Of a stretch of 64,000 nt of DNA, positions 30,188 to 39,152 are shown in pieces (the first letter of the stretch is position 1; each line of letters starts with the position of its first letter). The DNA lies in NCBI GenBank assembly GCA_963827235.1, contig CAWHAE010000010.1, positions 448,001 through 512,000 of the forward strand, given 5' to 3'. Both the position numbers and the translations under genes were made by a program. Under the pieces are notes generated by a model. The model had not been told where the DNA came from. It worked only from the letters and a program-made list of their open reading frames with translations, and did not search any database. The DNA is from an uncultured bacterium (GTDB lineage: Bacteria; Chloroflexota; UBA5177; JANWHV01).

Positions 30188-32199
30188 GCCGCTGTGACAG
30201 CCCGACCGGCAGCGAAGGACGCCTTACCGAAGACCGCGCAGTCGTGCCGTATGTGCTATCGCTGGCCATGGCCTGCATCTACGCTGTGTTCTTCGGCTGG
30301 CTGAGCATACAGCGCTACGACGCGTTCCTCATGCACGCGCTTGACATGGGCAACATGGATCAGGCAGTGTGGAACACCCTTCACGGTAACCTGTTCCACT
30401 TCACAAACATGCGCGCGCACCTGGACAAGGAAGCGTGGGGCACGACGACGCGGCTCAGCTTCCATGTCGAGCCGATTCTGTTGCCCCTCTCGCTGGTCTA
30501 TCTCATCTATGCATCGCCGGTGACCCTGATCGTGGTGCAGGCGGTGTGCGTCGCATTCGGGGCGCCGGCTGCCTGCCGGCTCGCGCTTCGCGTCACGCAT
30601 AGCCGTGGCCTGGCGATCGCGGCGCCTGCCGCTTACCTGCTTGCCCCTTCCCTGGAAGCGGCCACTCTGTACGAATTTCACCCGGTTACGCTCGTGGCTC
30701 CGGCGCTGCTCTGGGCCTTCGTGTTTCTCGAAGAGCGTCGCTACCGCCTGTTCATTCTCTTCGCCGTGCTGTCGATCTCCTGCAAGGAGGAGATCGGACT
30801 TGTCGTTGCCTGCATGGCACTCTGGCATTGGTGGCGCGGCGGGAGTCGCAAGCTCGCCATCCTGGTGGCGGTAGTCAGCGCAAGCTGGTCGCTGGTGGCG
30901 GTTGGCTGGATAGTGCCTCATTTCGGCAGTGGACCCAGTGCCTACTGGCAGCGATACATCAACGCAGCGGACGAAGGAGCATCGAGCCCAGGAGCGCTAG
31001 GCGTGTTCAAGAACTGGCTGCACCACCCTGACAGGCTGTGGCACGCGGTCGTCATGTGGCCGAAGGCATCAATGCTTCACCGCTACTTCATCGCGACCGG
31101 CTATCTCAGTCTGTTCAGCCTTCCGGCGCTCGCAATAGGCTTTCCATCGCTCGGCATCATCCTGCTTTCCACGGATCAGCACATGTACGGCGGCCTTGGC
31201 CAGTACTCGGCGGAGCTCGTACCGGTCGGCGTTGCCGCGGCGATCTACGGCTTCGCCTGGCTTGTCGCCTATGGCACGAGACACGGCCTCGGGCATCGGT
31301 GGGTCGCCGGCGTGCTAATCGTCGTGCTTGCGGTGTCCGCGCTGGCGAATCAACGCCTCAATGGATTCACGCCTATCGCCGACGGATACTCGGCGCCGGT
31401 GATGTCGGCGCACACGTTGCTCGGCCAGCACCTGCTCAAGCTCATTCCGCCGGGCGTCGCCGTGAGCTCAATGGACCAGCTCAATCCGCATCTGGGCGAC
31501 CGCGCAAAGAGCTACCTGTTTCCGGACGTCGGCGACGCGGAATACGTGGCGCTCGACGTGACGTCGAACGTCAACCCGGGCCTGCCGGTCGACCAATACA
31601 ACACGGCGATGGATCTCTTGCGCTCGCGGCACTGGCAGATCCTGGCCGCCGACGATGGCTATCTGATTCTGCATCGCATCGACAAGCAGTTGCCGGCGGT
31701 ACCCGCCATCCCTTCGTCGTTCTATACGTTCGCGCTCGAGCCCGACGAGGGCCAGCCTGCCATTGCGGACTTTGGACCGGACCTCCAGCTGGTAGGCCTG
31801 AGCACCGAGCGCCGAGAGCAAGTCAACCTGCGCATACCTGATACGATCATAGTGAGCTCGTGGCGCGTGTTGCGCCCTCTTCCGGCCTCCACCCACATGC
31901 GAGAGCTCACCTTCTTTACAGACGGGAAGCAGCAAGGAAGCATTATCGACAGGCCGACCACGGACTGGCTACCCATGGGCACGTGGCGACCTGGAGAGAT
32001 CATCAAGGTCCGATCGCAGCAGATCAGCTTGGTGGACACGAACCTAGGCTCGGATGCGCTGCGGCTGGAGGTGGAATATCACCCTAATAGTGGACAAACG
32101 CGAAGTTTTGCACCACGACTAGTGGTGATGCATAATTACGTTGGTTACCGTGTCGTAGGTTCAGCGCTCGAGGTAGCCAGGATCTCGGTATCCTACTAG
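30184..32199 (+). CDS. DUF2079-like polytopic membrane protein (putative GT-C glycosyltransferase) with a C-terminal extracytoplasmic domain
   Basis: DMGNMDQAVWNT.HG, HVEPI, YEFHP, CKEE, QYSA motifs and many TM helices. TTG 30184 overlaps the upstream TGA. Confidence 0.8.
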   Translation: MSRCDSPTGSEGRLTEDRAVVPYVLSLAMACIYAVFFGWLSIQRYDAFLMHALDMGNMDQAVWNTLHGNLFHFTNMRAHLDKEAWGTTTRLSFHVEPILLPLSLVYLIYASPVTLIVVQAVCVAFGAPAACRLALRVTHSRGLAIAAPAAYLLAPSLEAATLYEFHPVTLVAPALLWAFVFLEERRYRLFILFAVLSISCKEEIGLVVACMALWHWWRGGSRKLAILVAVVSASWSLVAVGWIVPHFGSGPSAYWQRYINAADEGASSPGALGVFKNWLHHPDRLWHAVVMWPKASMLHRYFIATGYLSLFSLPALAIGFPSLGIILLSTDQHMYGGLGQYSAELVPVGVAAAIYGFAWLVAYGTRHGLGHRWVAGVLIVVLAVSALANQRLNGFTPIADGYSAPVMSAHTLLGQHLLKLIPPGVAVSSMDQLNPHLGDRAKSYLFPDVGDAEYVALDVTSNVNPGLPVDQYNTAMDLLRSRHWQILAADDGYLILHRIDKQLPAVPAIPSSFYTFALEPDEGQPAIADFGPDLQLVGLSTERREQVNLRIPDTIIVSSWRVLRPLPASTHMRELTFFTDGKQQGSIIDRPTTDWLPMGTWRPGEIIKVRSQQISLVDTNLGSDALRLEVEYHPNSGQTRSFAPRLVVMHNYVGYRVVGSALEVARISVSY

Positions 32200-32205
32200 C
32201 TCGCC

Positions 32206-33789
32206 ATGTCAGCTGAGATGTTGAGGGGGCACGGCTCTATGAGGGGTGATGAAGGTGCGCCGTCACTGCTCTCTTCGTCACCCGCCGTATCGCTGAGGAA
32301 TGCGTGGAGCAAGCTCGCCGGACTGCGTTTTGGCGGCCCGGAGCTTGGCGGCCGATTCGCCTTGGTGGTATTTGCGCTCGCCGCCATGGCCATCACGCGG
32401 ACCGTGTCGTTCGCGGATACCATGGCCAGCGACAGTGACCTGCCTTCGTTCGGACCCATGCTCTGGCTATTCCACCGGGTCGACGGCATGTTTTTGCCCT
32501 TCGGCAACAAGCTGCCGAATCTCAACACGGTGCAGCAGGTACAGTTCGTCTGCCTGGTGATCTCGCTGGCTCTCTTCATCCTCGTCGTGCGCAGGTCGCT
32601 GCCATCGCTGGTCAGGCGGCACTATCGCCCCATGGTGTACGCCGCAATCGTATTGGCCGTTTTACTGTCGCTGCTCAATCTGCAAGGGTTGTTGCCGTTC
32701 ACCAAGGTAGTAGGCTCGAGCCACTACGGCAACGACGCCATCACGGTGACCGACTGCGCCAAGAACAGCATGCTCAACGGCCACAACGCGTACTCCAGTT
32801 TCAACGTGACAGGGTGCCTTAACTCGCATGGGGAAGACGGCACCAAGACGACGCCCCTGAAGCTGGGAGAGTTCTCCCGGTTCAACGTATACCCGACCAA
32901 ACAGGATCTGGTCAGGACCTTCAACCGTTACCTGGCGGCGGGTGTGCAGCATCCGCCGGAGTTCGAGTCGGAATACAGCTATCCCGCCGTATCCTTCCTG
33001 TTTCCGGCCTTGGTTGCCCCTCTCCACCTTGACGACCTGAGCCTGCTCTACTTGCTCGTGTACGCGGCAATGGCAGTGCTGATCGTACGATTGACGCCGC
33101 GCGGCACCCCGCGCCGTCTGGTCTTGCTTGCCGTGTGTGCCAACGCGGCCCTTGGCCCGACCCTTGTGTCGGGGTCGACCGACGCGGTGTATACGCTGCT
33201 GGTCTTGGTGGCGTGGATCGCCAAGGACAAGCGATGGCTTTCGGCCGGCGCGATGGGTCTTGCCGCGGCCTCGCGGCAGCAGGCATGGTTCTTCCTCTTG
33301 TTCTACGCGGTGTTGGCGTGGCGCACGGAAGGTCGGAAGGAGGCGGTCCGCAGAATGGCCATCGTGGCGGGCATCTTCCTGCTGACGAACCTACCCTTCT
33401 TCCTTGCCTCGCCAAGCGAGTGGATGTCCGGTGTGCTCGGACCACTCCGCGATCCCATGTTTCCTCGCGGCAGCGGCATTGTCTCGCTGAGCACCGGGGG
33501 AGCCGGCGCGTTGCCGCTGGCGCCCAAGCTGTTCTACAACGTGCTTGAGTTTGCCTCCCTGGCCGGCCTGCTGGCGTTCTACTGGCGCGTGTGCCGGGCT
33601 AACCCGTGGATTGGGCTCGTGCTTGCGCCTTTGCCGCTCTTCTTTGCGTGGCGGAGCCTGTACAGCTACTTCCTGCCGATCACGTTGCTGGCGCTGTATC
33701 CTGCCTTCGCGGTGTTCGGCCGTCCGGGAGATGCGGCCAAAGTGGTGCCTGAGAGGCGAGAGGATGCCCCGGCCGACGCAGCGGCGTAG
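32206..33789 (+). CDS. Polytopic membrane glycosyltransferase-like protein (GT87/DUF2029-like GT-C)
   Basis: YGND, YSYPAVSFL, GSTD, ASRQQAW, NLPF motifs and about 11 TM segments. Confidence 0.65.
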   Translation: MSAEMLRGHGSMRGDEGAPSLLSSSPAVSLRNAWSKLAGLRFGGPELGGRFALVVFALAAMAITRTVSFADTMASDSDLPSFGPMLWLFHRVDGMFLPFGNKLPNLNTVQQVQFVCLVISLALFILVVRRSLPSLVRRHYRPMVYAAIVLAVLLSLLNLQGLLPFTKVVGSSHYGNDAITVTDCAKNSMLNGHNAYSSFNVTGCLNSHGEDGTKTTPLKLGEFSRFNVYPTKQDLVRTFNRYLAAGVQHPPEFESEYSYPAVSFLFPALVAPLHLDDLSLLYLLVYAAMAVLIVRLTPRGTPRRLVLLAVCANAALGPTLVSGSTDAVYTLLVLVAWIAKDKRWLSAGAMGLAAASRQQAWFFLLFYAVLAWRTEGRKEAVRRMAIVAGIFLLTNLPFFLASPSEWMSGVLGPLRDPMFPRGSGIVSLSTGGAGALPLAPKLFYNVLEFASLAGLLAFYWRVCRANPWIGLVLAPLPLFFAWRSLYSYFLPITLLALYPAFAVFGRPGDAAKVVPERREDAPADAAA

Positions 33790-33791
33790 AG

Positions 33792-35438
33792 TCAGGCCAG
33801 CACCCAGTTGAACACGTTCCAGGTGATTCCTGGCGCAAATGGGTTGGCGCGGTATCCTTGAAGGCTGTCGACAGTGATAGTCAGGTGCGCCGTCCAGTAG
33901 AGGAAGACGTCGGGCTGGTCGTTGACCAGCAGCCGCTGGATATGCTGGTAGATTGCGATCCGGCGCTGTTCGTCCGTGGTGATCAGCGCTTGGCCGCTGA
34001 GCCTGTTCACGACGGCGTCGCTGTAGCCGTCGAAGTTGCCTCCGGTCAGGTGTCCCGGCCTCACGATCATCGAGGTAGCCCAGTAGTACGTGTCGTCGGG
34101 CTCCGCGGACACCGCCCACGTGTAGAGTACGGCGCTGAGCTGCTGCGAATAGAGTCGATCAGCGTTGTAGAGTGGACCGTGCAGCCCGAACAGCTTGTGC
34201 TGATCGACGGCCTTCACGGTGGTGCGGATCCCGGCCGAAGTCCAGCTCGAAGCGACCGTCCCGGCCACGGCCAGGCAATCGGCACATCCGGAGTCCGTCC
34301 AGAGGGTGATGGCCAGGTCGCGGCCGAACTTGCGCCAGTTGCTGTGCACCAGGGTATAGCCTCGCTTCTCGAGCAAGCCTGGAACGTCGCCGGGTGCGTA
34401 GGGGAGGGTGCCGGCGATCGAGGGATCGTAGTAGATCGAGGTCGGCGGCTGATCGGCATCGGCCGGCGCGGCAAGCCCGCCGAAAAGCGTGCTCACGATG
34501 CGCTGCCTGGGCGTGGCCAGCGTCAAGGCCTGGCGGACCTCATGATCGCGCAGAAAGCCGCTCTCGATCAGGTCGATGTGCGTCCAGCCCGAGCCGGGGG
34601 CCGCGAAGGCACTGTAGCGTCCGCTCTGCAGGGCCGGGATCACCTGCTGCGGCGTCAGGCTGGACGAGGGACCGATCATGTCGATGGCACCCGACTGCAG
34701 TGCCGCCAGCTCGGCCTTACTGCTGCCTTCGCGCTTGAAGACGATCTGCGCGATCCTGGGCGTGCCCCGTGCAAATGACGAACTGGCGGTCAACGTGATG
34801 TGATCGCCGGGCGTCACGTCCGTCACGGCATATGGCCCGCTGCCGATCGGCCTCAGGTTGAACGCCTGGTAGCCTGCCAGGTCCTTGTCTGCGATCGGGC
34901 TCAGAACGTGAGCCGGCAGAATCGGCGTGGTGGCAAAGGCTCTCAGGAACGGTGCATACACCTGCCGCAGCGTGGCGATCACCGTCAATGGACCGTCGGA
35001 GCGCAGCGAGGTAATGTAGCCGAAGGCGTATCTCGAGACGGCGGGAAACTGCGGATCGCGCACGAGCTTGGCTGTGTACAGCACGTCCGAGGCGGTGACG
35101 GGAACGCCGTCCTGCCAGCGTGCCCTGCCGTTCAGGGCGAATGTGTAGGTGCGCCCGTCGGCGGCCAGGCTGTATCCCGTGGCGAGATCGGGTACCAGAG
35201 CGTCGTGAGTATCTGCGCTCAGCAGACTGTCGAAGACGGCGTCAGTCACGTCGCGTGTCGCAAGCGAGCTATCGAGCAGCGGGTTGAGCACGGCAGGTAG
35301 CGCTAGCTCGCCAATGGTGACGGCTCCAACCGGGGCCACCCTCACGGGCAGCGCCCGCGACGGAATGCCGGTTGCCAGGACCATGGAAAGCGCGAGGAGC
35401 GCGGCAGCTATCCAGCGATGGCACGTGTTAACAGTCAT
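33792..35438 (-). CDS. Peptide/nickel ABC transporter substrate-binding protein (family 5), no adjacent cognate permease
   Basis: Signal peptide, LNPL, VFDSLL, PDLA......DG.TYTF.L....WQDG.PVTA.DV, PIGSGPY, VRQAL. Confidence 0.9.
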   Translation of the reverse strand: MTVNTCHRWIAAALLALSMVLATGIPSRALPVRVAPVGAVTIGELALPAVLNPLLDSSLATRDVTDAVFDSLLSADTHDALVPDLATGYSLAADGRTYTFALNGRARWQDGVPVTASDVLYTAKLVRDPQFPAVSRYAFGYITSLRSDGPLTVIATLRQVYAPFLRAFATTPILPAHVLSPIADKDLAGYQAFNLRPIGSGPYAVTDVTPGDHITLTASSSFARGTPRIAQIVFKREGSSKAELAALQSGAIDMIGPSSSLTPQQVIPALQSGRYSAFAAPGSGWTHIDLIESGFLRDHEVRQALTLATPRQRIVSTLFGGLAAPADADQPPTSIYYDPSIAGTLPYAPGDVPGLLEKRGYTLVHSNWRKFGRDLAITLWTDSGCADCLAVAGTVASSWTSAGIRTTVKAVDQHKLFGLHGPLYNADRLYSQQLSAVLYTWAVSAEPDDTYYWATSMIVRPGHLTGGNFDGYSDAVVNRLSGQALITTDEQRRIAIYQHIQRLLVNDQPDVFLYWTAHLTITVDSLQGYRANPFAPGITWNVFNWVLA

Positions 35439-35649
35439 GGCAACATCCCGGAACAACGAGCAGCATCCGCAAACAGCGCTTGCGGCAGGCCGGCACTTCA
35501 GCTCCAGTTGGCCGGTGCCGGGCACGGCACGGGCACGCCGAAATATGGTAGCACGGGCCCGCTGCTCCAGACGACCGCCTCGGTGGAGATTGCCTACTTC
35601 TCCCGGATGAAGGCATGCACTCCGCGTGGCGAGCTGCACGTTTCTTCAT

Positions 35650-35975
35650 GGCCTCGTCTACGAGTGTGCGGCACGTCGTAGAGGCCTGGCGCCCGCCCGA
35701 AAGCGGCGCTATAGGTCGTCAGCTAATGACTCCGAGTTTCGGACTGGTCGCACCGGAGTAGAGTTTCCTACAGGTGTGGGATTGTTTACCTGACGAGCTA
35801 TAGCTTGGCCTGCCGATGCTCTGGTGGTCACCCCAACGTGGAGCCCGCAGGGGCGGAGTGAAATCCGCGCTGGGCGGGCAATGAGCCTCCCGACGATGAA
35901 TCAGAGGGGCGTCGTATGCGCACGCCGCCAGTGCGGCTCTCGGCGCGGGCTTGCCTTCAGGCTGCTCGGTGCGAC
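35650..35975 (+). other. Highly structured intergenic element (candidate ncRNA or collapsed group II intron remnant)
   Basis: Stems 35650-35686, 35708-35804 (GCTATAG.TCGTCAG / CTGACGA.CTATAGC), about 35842-35879 and 35911-35937. G.U pairs and GAAA-type loops favour the + strand. Confidence 0.4.
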
Positions 35976-36970
35976 TGCGGAAGAAAACTGTCGGTGTAGG
36001 CGTCACTGAGATGCACGTCGCGTACATTCAAGCCGGCGCCGTCCATCTGCTGCTGGAGCGCGACCCAGCGCTGGGGATTGAACCAGCCGACGCCTTGCGT
36101 TCTGGCGTCGCCACCGTCTACCAGGCCGTAGCGCTGCATCTGGCTGAAGCTGAACTGCTGCTCGTCGGGCGTTTCGGGGTAGCTCTTCACGCCCGGCGCG
36201 GAGCGCAGGTAGGTAAGCGTGGGACCCGGATTCTTGAGGTATGAGTTCCATCCCTGGACGCTTGCTTTCACAAAAGCGCGAACGACGTCTGGGTGGCTCT
36301 GAGCGAAGGCCTGCGTGGTGTAGATGAGGTCGGCGTACGGGTTGAAGCCGGACTCCGAGACAAGCGCGTACTTCACCTTGAGGCCCTGTTTCTCATACAG
36401 GTAGGGCTCTGAAGTGACGTAGCACTGGTGCACGGCCTTGGGGTCCGCAGCAAAGCCTCGCGAGCTGAAATCGTTGGCTTTGGTGGTGAAGTTCGTGTAG
36501 TGATACTTGGCCACGAGGTACTTCTCGAACGGCACGCCAAACGAGTAGATTAGCGTGTGATTGCTCAGGTCGGCTATCCCGTGGATAGAGCTATCTTCCG
36601 CATGCCAGAGAACGCCGAGCGGATTCGTCTGGAACGTGTTCATGATGGCGACCAGATGCGCTCCTCGTTCGTCGTACTGTAGCAGCTCGTCGGCATCGCC
36701 CATGCCGAAGGTCGCCTGCCCCGACAACACGTATGACTCCACGGTGACTACTCGCCTGAACGGCGCGACAGCAGATGAGATACCCGCCTTTGCGTAAAGG
36801 TCGAGCCGCTGCGCCTCGTAGAATCCGCCTTCCTCCGGCTCGGGGAACCAGTTCATCATCAGGTTGTAGGACGGGGCGGCGGCACGCGCTGCGCGAGGCT
36901 GCAGGCCCGGCGCGGCGGACGCGAGGCAGAGCGTAACGACGAGTAGGGAGAAGAGGTGGCGCGTGATCAT
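35957..36970 (-). CDS. NMT1/THI5-family ABC transporter substrate-binding protein
   Basis: Signal peptide; NWFPEPEEGGFYEA, FQTNP, TSEPY, GFNPYA, VRAFVKAS..GW. Confidence 0.88.
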   Translation of the reverse strand: MITRHLFSLLVVTLCLASAAPGLQPRAARAAAPSYNLMMNWFPEPEEGGFYEAQRLDLYAKAGISSAVAPFRRVVTVESYVLSGQATFGMGDADELLQYDERGAHLVAIMNTFQTNPLGVLWHAEDSSIHGIADLSNHTLIYSFGVPFEKYLVAKYHYTNFTTKANDFSSRGFAADPKAVHQCYVTSEPYLYEKQGLKVKYALVSESGFNPYADLIYTTQAFAQSHPDVVRAFVKASVQGWNSYLKNPGPTLTYLRSAPGVKSYPETPDEQQFSFSQMQRYGLVDGGDARTQGVGWFNPQRWVALQQQMDGAGLNVRDVHLSDAYTDSFLPQSHRAA

Positions 36971-37142
36971 GTGCCGATATCTTCCTTTCACAGCCAATGG
37001 TCGTCTCAAAGGGTCTCGACTGCAGCCCGGTGGGAAGCAGGGGCTTCATACCAGGGGCTTGGCCCAGCATCCATGTCCGTGACCTCGAACCCGGGGCGCG
37101 CGACGCTGCGGGCCGGTACGCGCGGTTCTCGATCTCATTGTC

Positions 37143-38033
37143 TCAGTTTTCGACGGCAAGTGCCGACTCGTGCCAGTGTCTCAGGGCGAGCGTGCTGATC
37201 GCCGACACGACGGCGAAGACGGCAATACCCAGCAATCCCGAGGCAACGGCGGCCGCGCCAAGCAGGTCCCAAAGGCCCTGCGGCGCCGCGAAGGCGATCT
37301 CATAGCCGAGCCCGCCGCCGGCCGGGTCGCCCGCTCCAAGCAGCATCTCGGCGACCGTGGCTCCCACGATGGCCAGCCCGCTGGACACGCGAATGCCGGT
37401 CAGGATGTTGGGCAATGCGAACGGGACACGCAGGTACAGGAGCTGCTGCACTCGTGAGGCGTTGTACATCTGGAACAGGCTCACGAATCTGGAGTCGACC
37501 GAGGTAAGGCCCAGCGTAGCGTTAGCGATGATCGGGAACACGGCGATGATGAAAGACACGACGATGATCGGCGGGTGGTCTCCCGGCAGCAAGAAGCCAA
37601 TGATCGGCGCCACGGCGTAGATCGGTATCGTCTGGGCCAGGGTCGCATAGGGAAAGATAGCACGCTCGAGAAGGCGGGACTGCGACATCAGCATTGCCGT
37701 CAGGACGCCGAACACGATCGCCAGGGCGAAGCCCGCCATGGCGTCGCGGAAGGTCGACCAGGCAGCGGTCAGCAAGTCCGGCCAATAGTTGCGAAATCCG
37801 TTGACGATGTCGCCCGGAGACGGTGCGGACCAGCGCGAGATGCCCGAGATTCGCAGCCAGGCGATCCAGACGAGAATCAGCACGCCGAATGCTATCGCGG
37901 GCGGGATCAGGTTGTTCAGCACGAAGCGCCGCCACGTCCGGCCCTGCGACCGCACTGTCGCCCTGGCCGGATTGGCGGCTGCCGCTGCCTTCGGCGCCTC
38001 GCGGCCGCCAGCGAGCTGATCGGCGCGCATCAA
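37143..38033 (-). CDS. ABC transporter permease (NitT/TauT family)
   Basis: PSP, QTIP..AVAP, FP...N...GL, LR.P.ALP....G.R, GA.VAE, GLG. Confidence 0.9.
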   Translation of the reverse strand: MMRADQLAGGREAPKAAAAANPARATVRSQGRTWRRFVLNNLIPPAIAFGVLILVWIAWLRISGISRWSAPSPGDIVNGFRNYWPDLLTAAWSTFRDAMAGFALAIVFGVLTAMLMSQSRLLERAIFPYATLAQTIPIYAVAPIIGFLLPGDHPPIIVVSFIIAVFPIIANATLGLTSVDSRFVSLFQMYNASRVQQLLYLRVPFALPNILTGIRVSSGLAIVGATVAEMLLGAGDPAGGGLGYEIAFAAPQGLWDLLGAAAVASGLLGIAVFAVVSAISTLALRHWHESALAVEN

Positions 38034-38905
38034 TCGTTCTCCTGCAAGGCCGCAAGCACGTTGCCGGCGATCAGATTGAACTCAGGGTTCGTTCGCATGG
38101 CGGGCAGCCGGGGATGTGGCAGAGCAACCGGCAGGTCGGCGACGATGCTGCCCGGCCGTGGGCTCATTACCAGCACTCGGCTCGACAGAAAGACCGCCTC
38201 GAACACGTTGTGGGTGACGAAGAGCACAGTCCATCCGGCGAACGCGGCGACGCGCAGCAGCTCAACGTTCAGCCTGCCGCGCGTCAGCTCGTCGAGCGCG
38301 CCAAAGGGCTCATCCATGAGCAGCAGGCAAGGTTCGGTCACCAGTGCCCTGGCAATAGACACACGCATGCGCATGCCGCCGGAGAGCTGGTGAGGGTAGG
38401 ATCGCGCCACGTCGGCCAGACCGACAGTTTTCAGGGCCTCCATGGCGCGCTCCGTTCGCTCGGCTCGGGATCGTCCCGCGAGCTGGAGCGGCATCTCGAC
38501 GTTTCTGAGCACAGTTCGCCAGGGCAGCAGAGTGGCATCCTGAAACACGAATGCCATGTCGCCGCGCTCTAGCCGCGCCCGCTCCGGAGGCATGCCGGCT
38601 ACGGTGAGAGTTCCGCTCGAGATCGAGCTCAGGCCGGCCACGAGGCGCAGCAGAGTCGACTTGCCGCATCCAGATGGCCCCACCAGGGTGACAAACTCGC
38701 CGCGGCGCACGGAGAGGGTGGTGCCGGAAAGAGCGGCGGTACCGTCGGCATACGTCTTGCCCACGCCGTCCGCGCGCACGAGCTCACCGCCGTCAGCCGT
38801 CTGCTCGGCGGTCTGCTCCCCTCGCATACGATCGATCACCGGCACTCCCACGGCACCACTTGCATGCCGACAGATAGCGCGCACCAACGGCACTTTGGCG
38901 CTCAC
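38030..38905 (-). CDS. ABC transporter ATP-binding protein (NitT/TauT family)
   Basis: [43 protein letters not shown]. The true start may be 38827. Confidence 0.93.
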   Translation of the reverse strand: MSAKVPLVRAICRHASGAVGVPVIDRMRGEQTAEQTADGGELVRADGVGKTYADGTAALSGTTLSVRRGEFVTLVGPSGCGKSTLLRLVAGLSSISSGTLTVAGMPPERARLERGDMAFVFQDATLLPWRTVLRNVEMPLQLAGRSRAERTERAMEALKTVGLADVARSYPHQLSGGMRMRVSIARALVTEPCLLLMDEPFGALDELTRGRLNVELLRVAAFAGWTVLFVTHNVFEAVFLSSRVLVMSPRPGSIVADLPVALPHPRLPAMRTNPEFNLIAGNVLAALQEND

Positions 38906-38949
38906 CGGTGCACGTCAACGAGCCGGTGTGTGCTTGAGGGCGCGGCCTC

Positions 38950-39152
38950 ACGCAGGCCGGCCGGATGTGCGACGCCAACCACACTGCCGGACACGATCAC
39001 TACGGTCTCGCCGTCCGATGCCGACCACGTGCACATCCGGCCGGCTACCGCCGGTAACGGTCTGTAAAGGCGGCATCGGTCAGCACGTGCTGCCGGCATC
39101 TGCCTGCTACGATAAGTATACGGGACGGCTCACCAGAGGCCGCGACGGCTCA
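38950..39152 (-). promoter_or_regulatory. Putative promoter and structured 5' leader of the NMT1/THI5 ABC operon
   Basis: TATACT at 39120-39115; 9-bp direct repeat at 39124-39132 and 39144-39152; 15-bp perfect inverted repeat 38956-38970/39031-39045; competing 9-bp inverted repeat 39015-39023/39071-39079. Confidence 0.5.

Noticed and set aside
35716-35895. Matches to known RNAs: fluoride riboswitch (GCTAATGACTCC), hammerhead (CTGACGA with GAAA), FMN or Moco riboswitch (GGGCGGAGTGAAAT...GCCTCCCG), SRP RNA
   Set aside because: Each matches only one sub-motif; the required partner motifs, stems or downstream gene orientation are missing.
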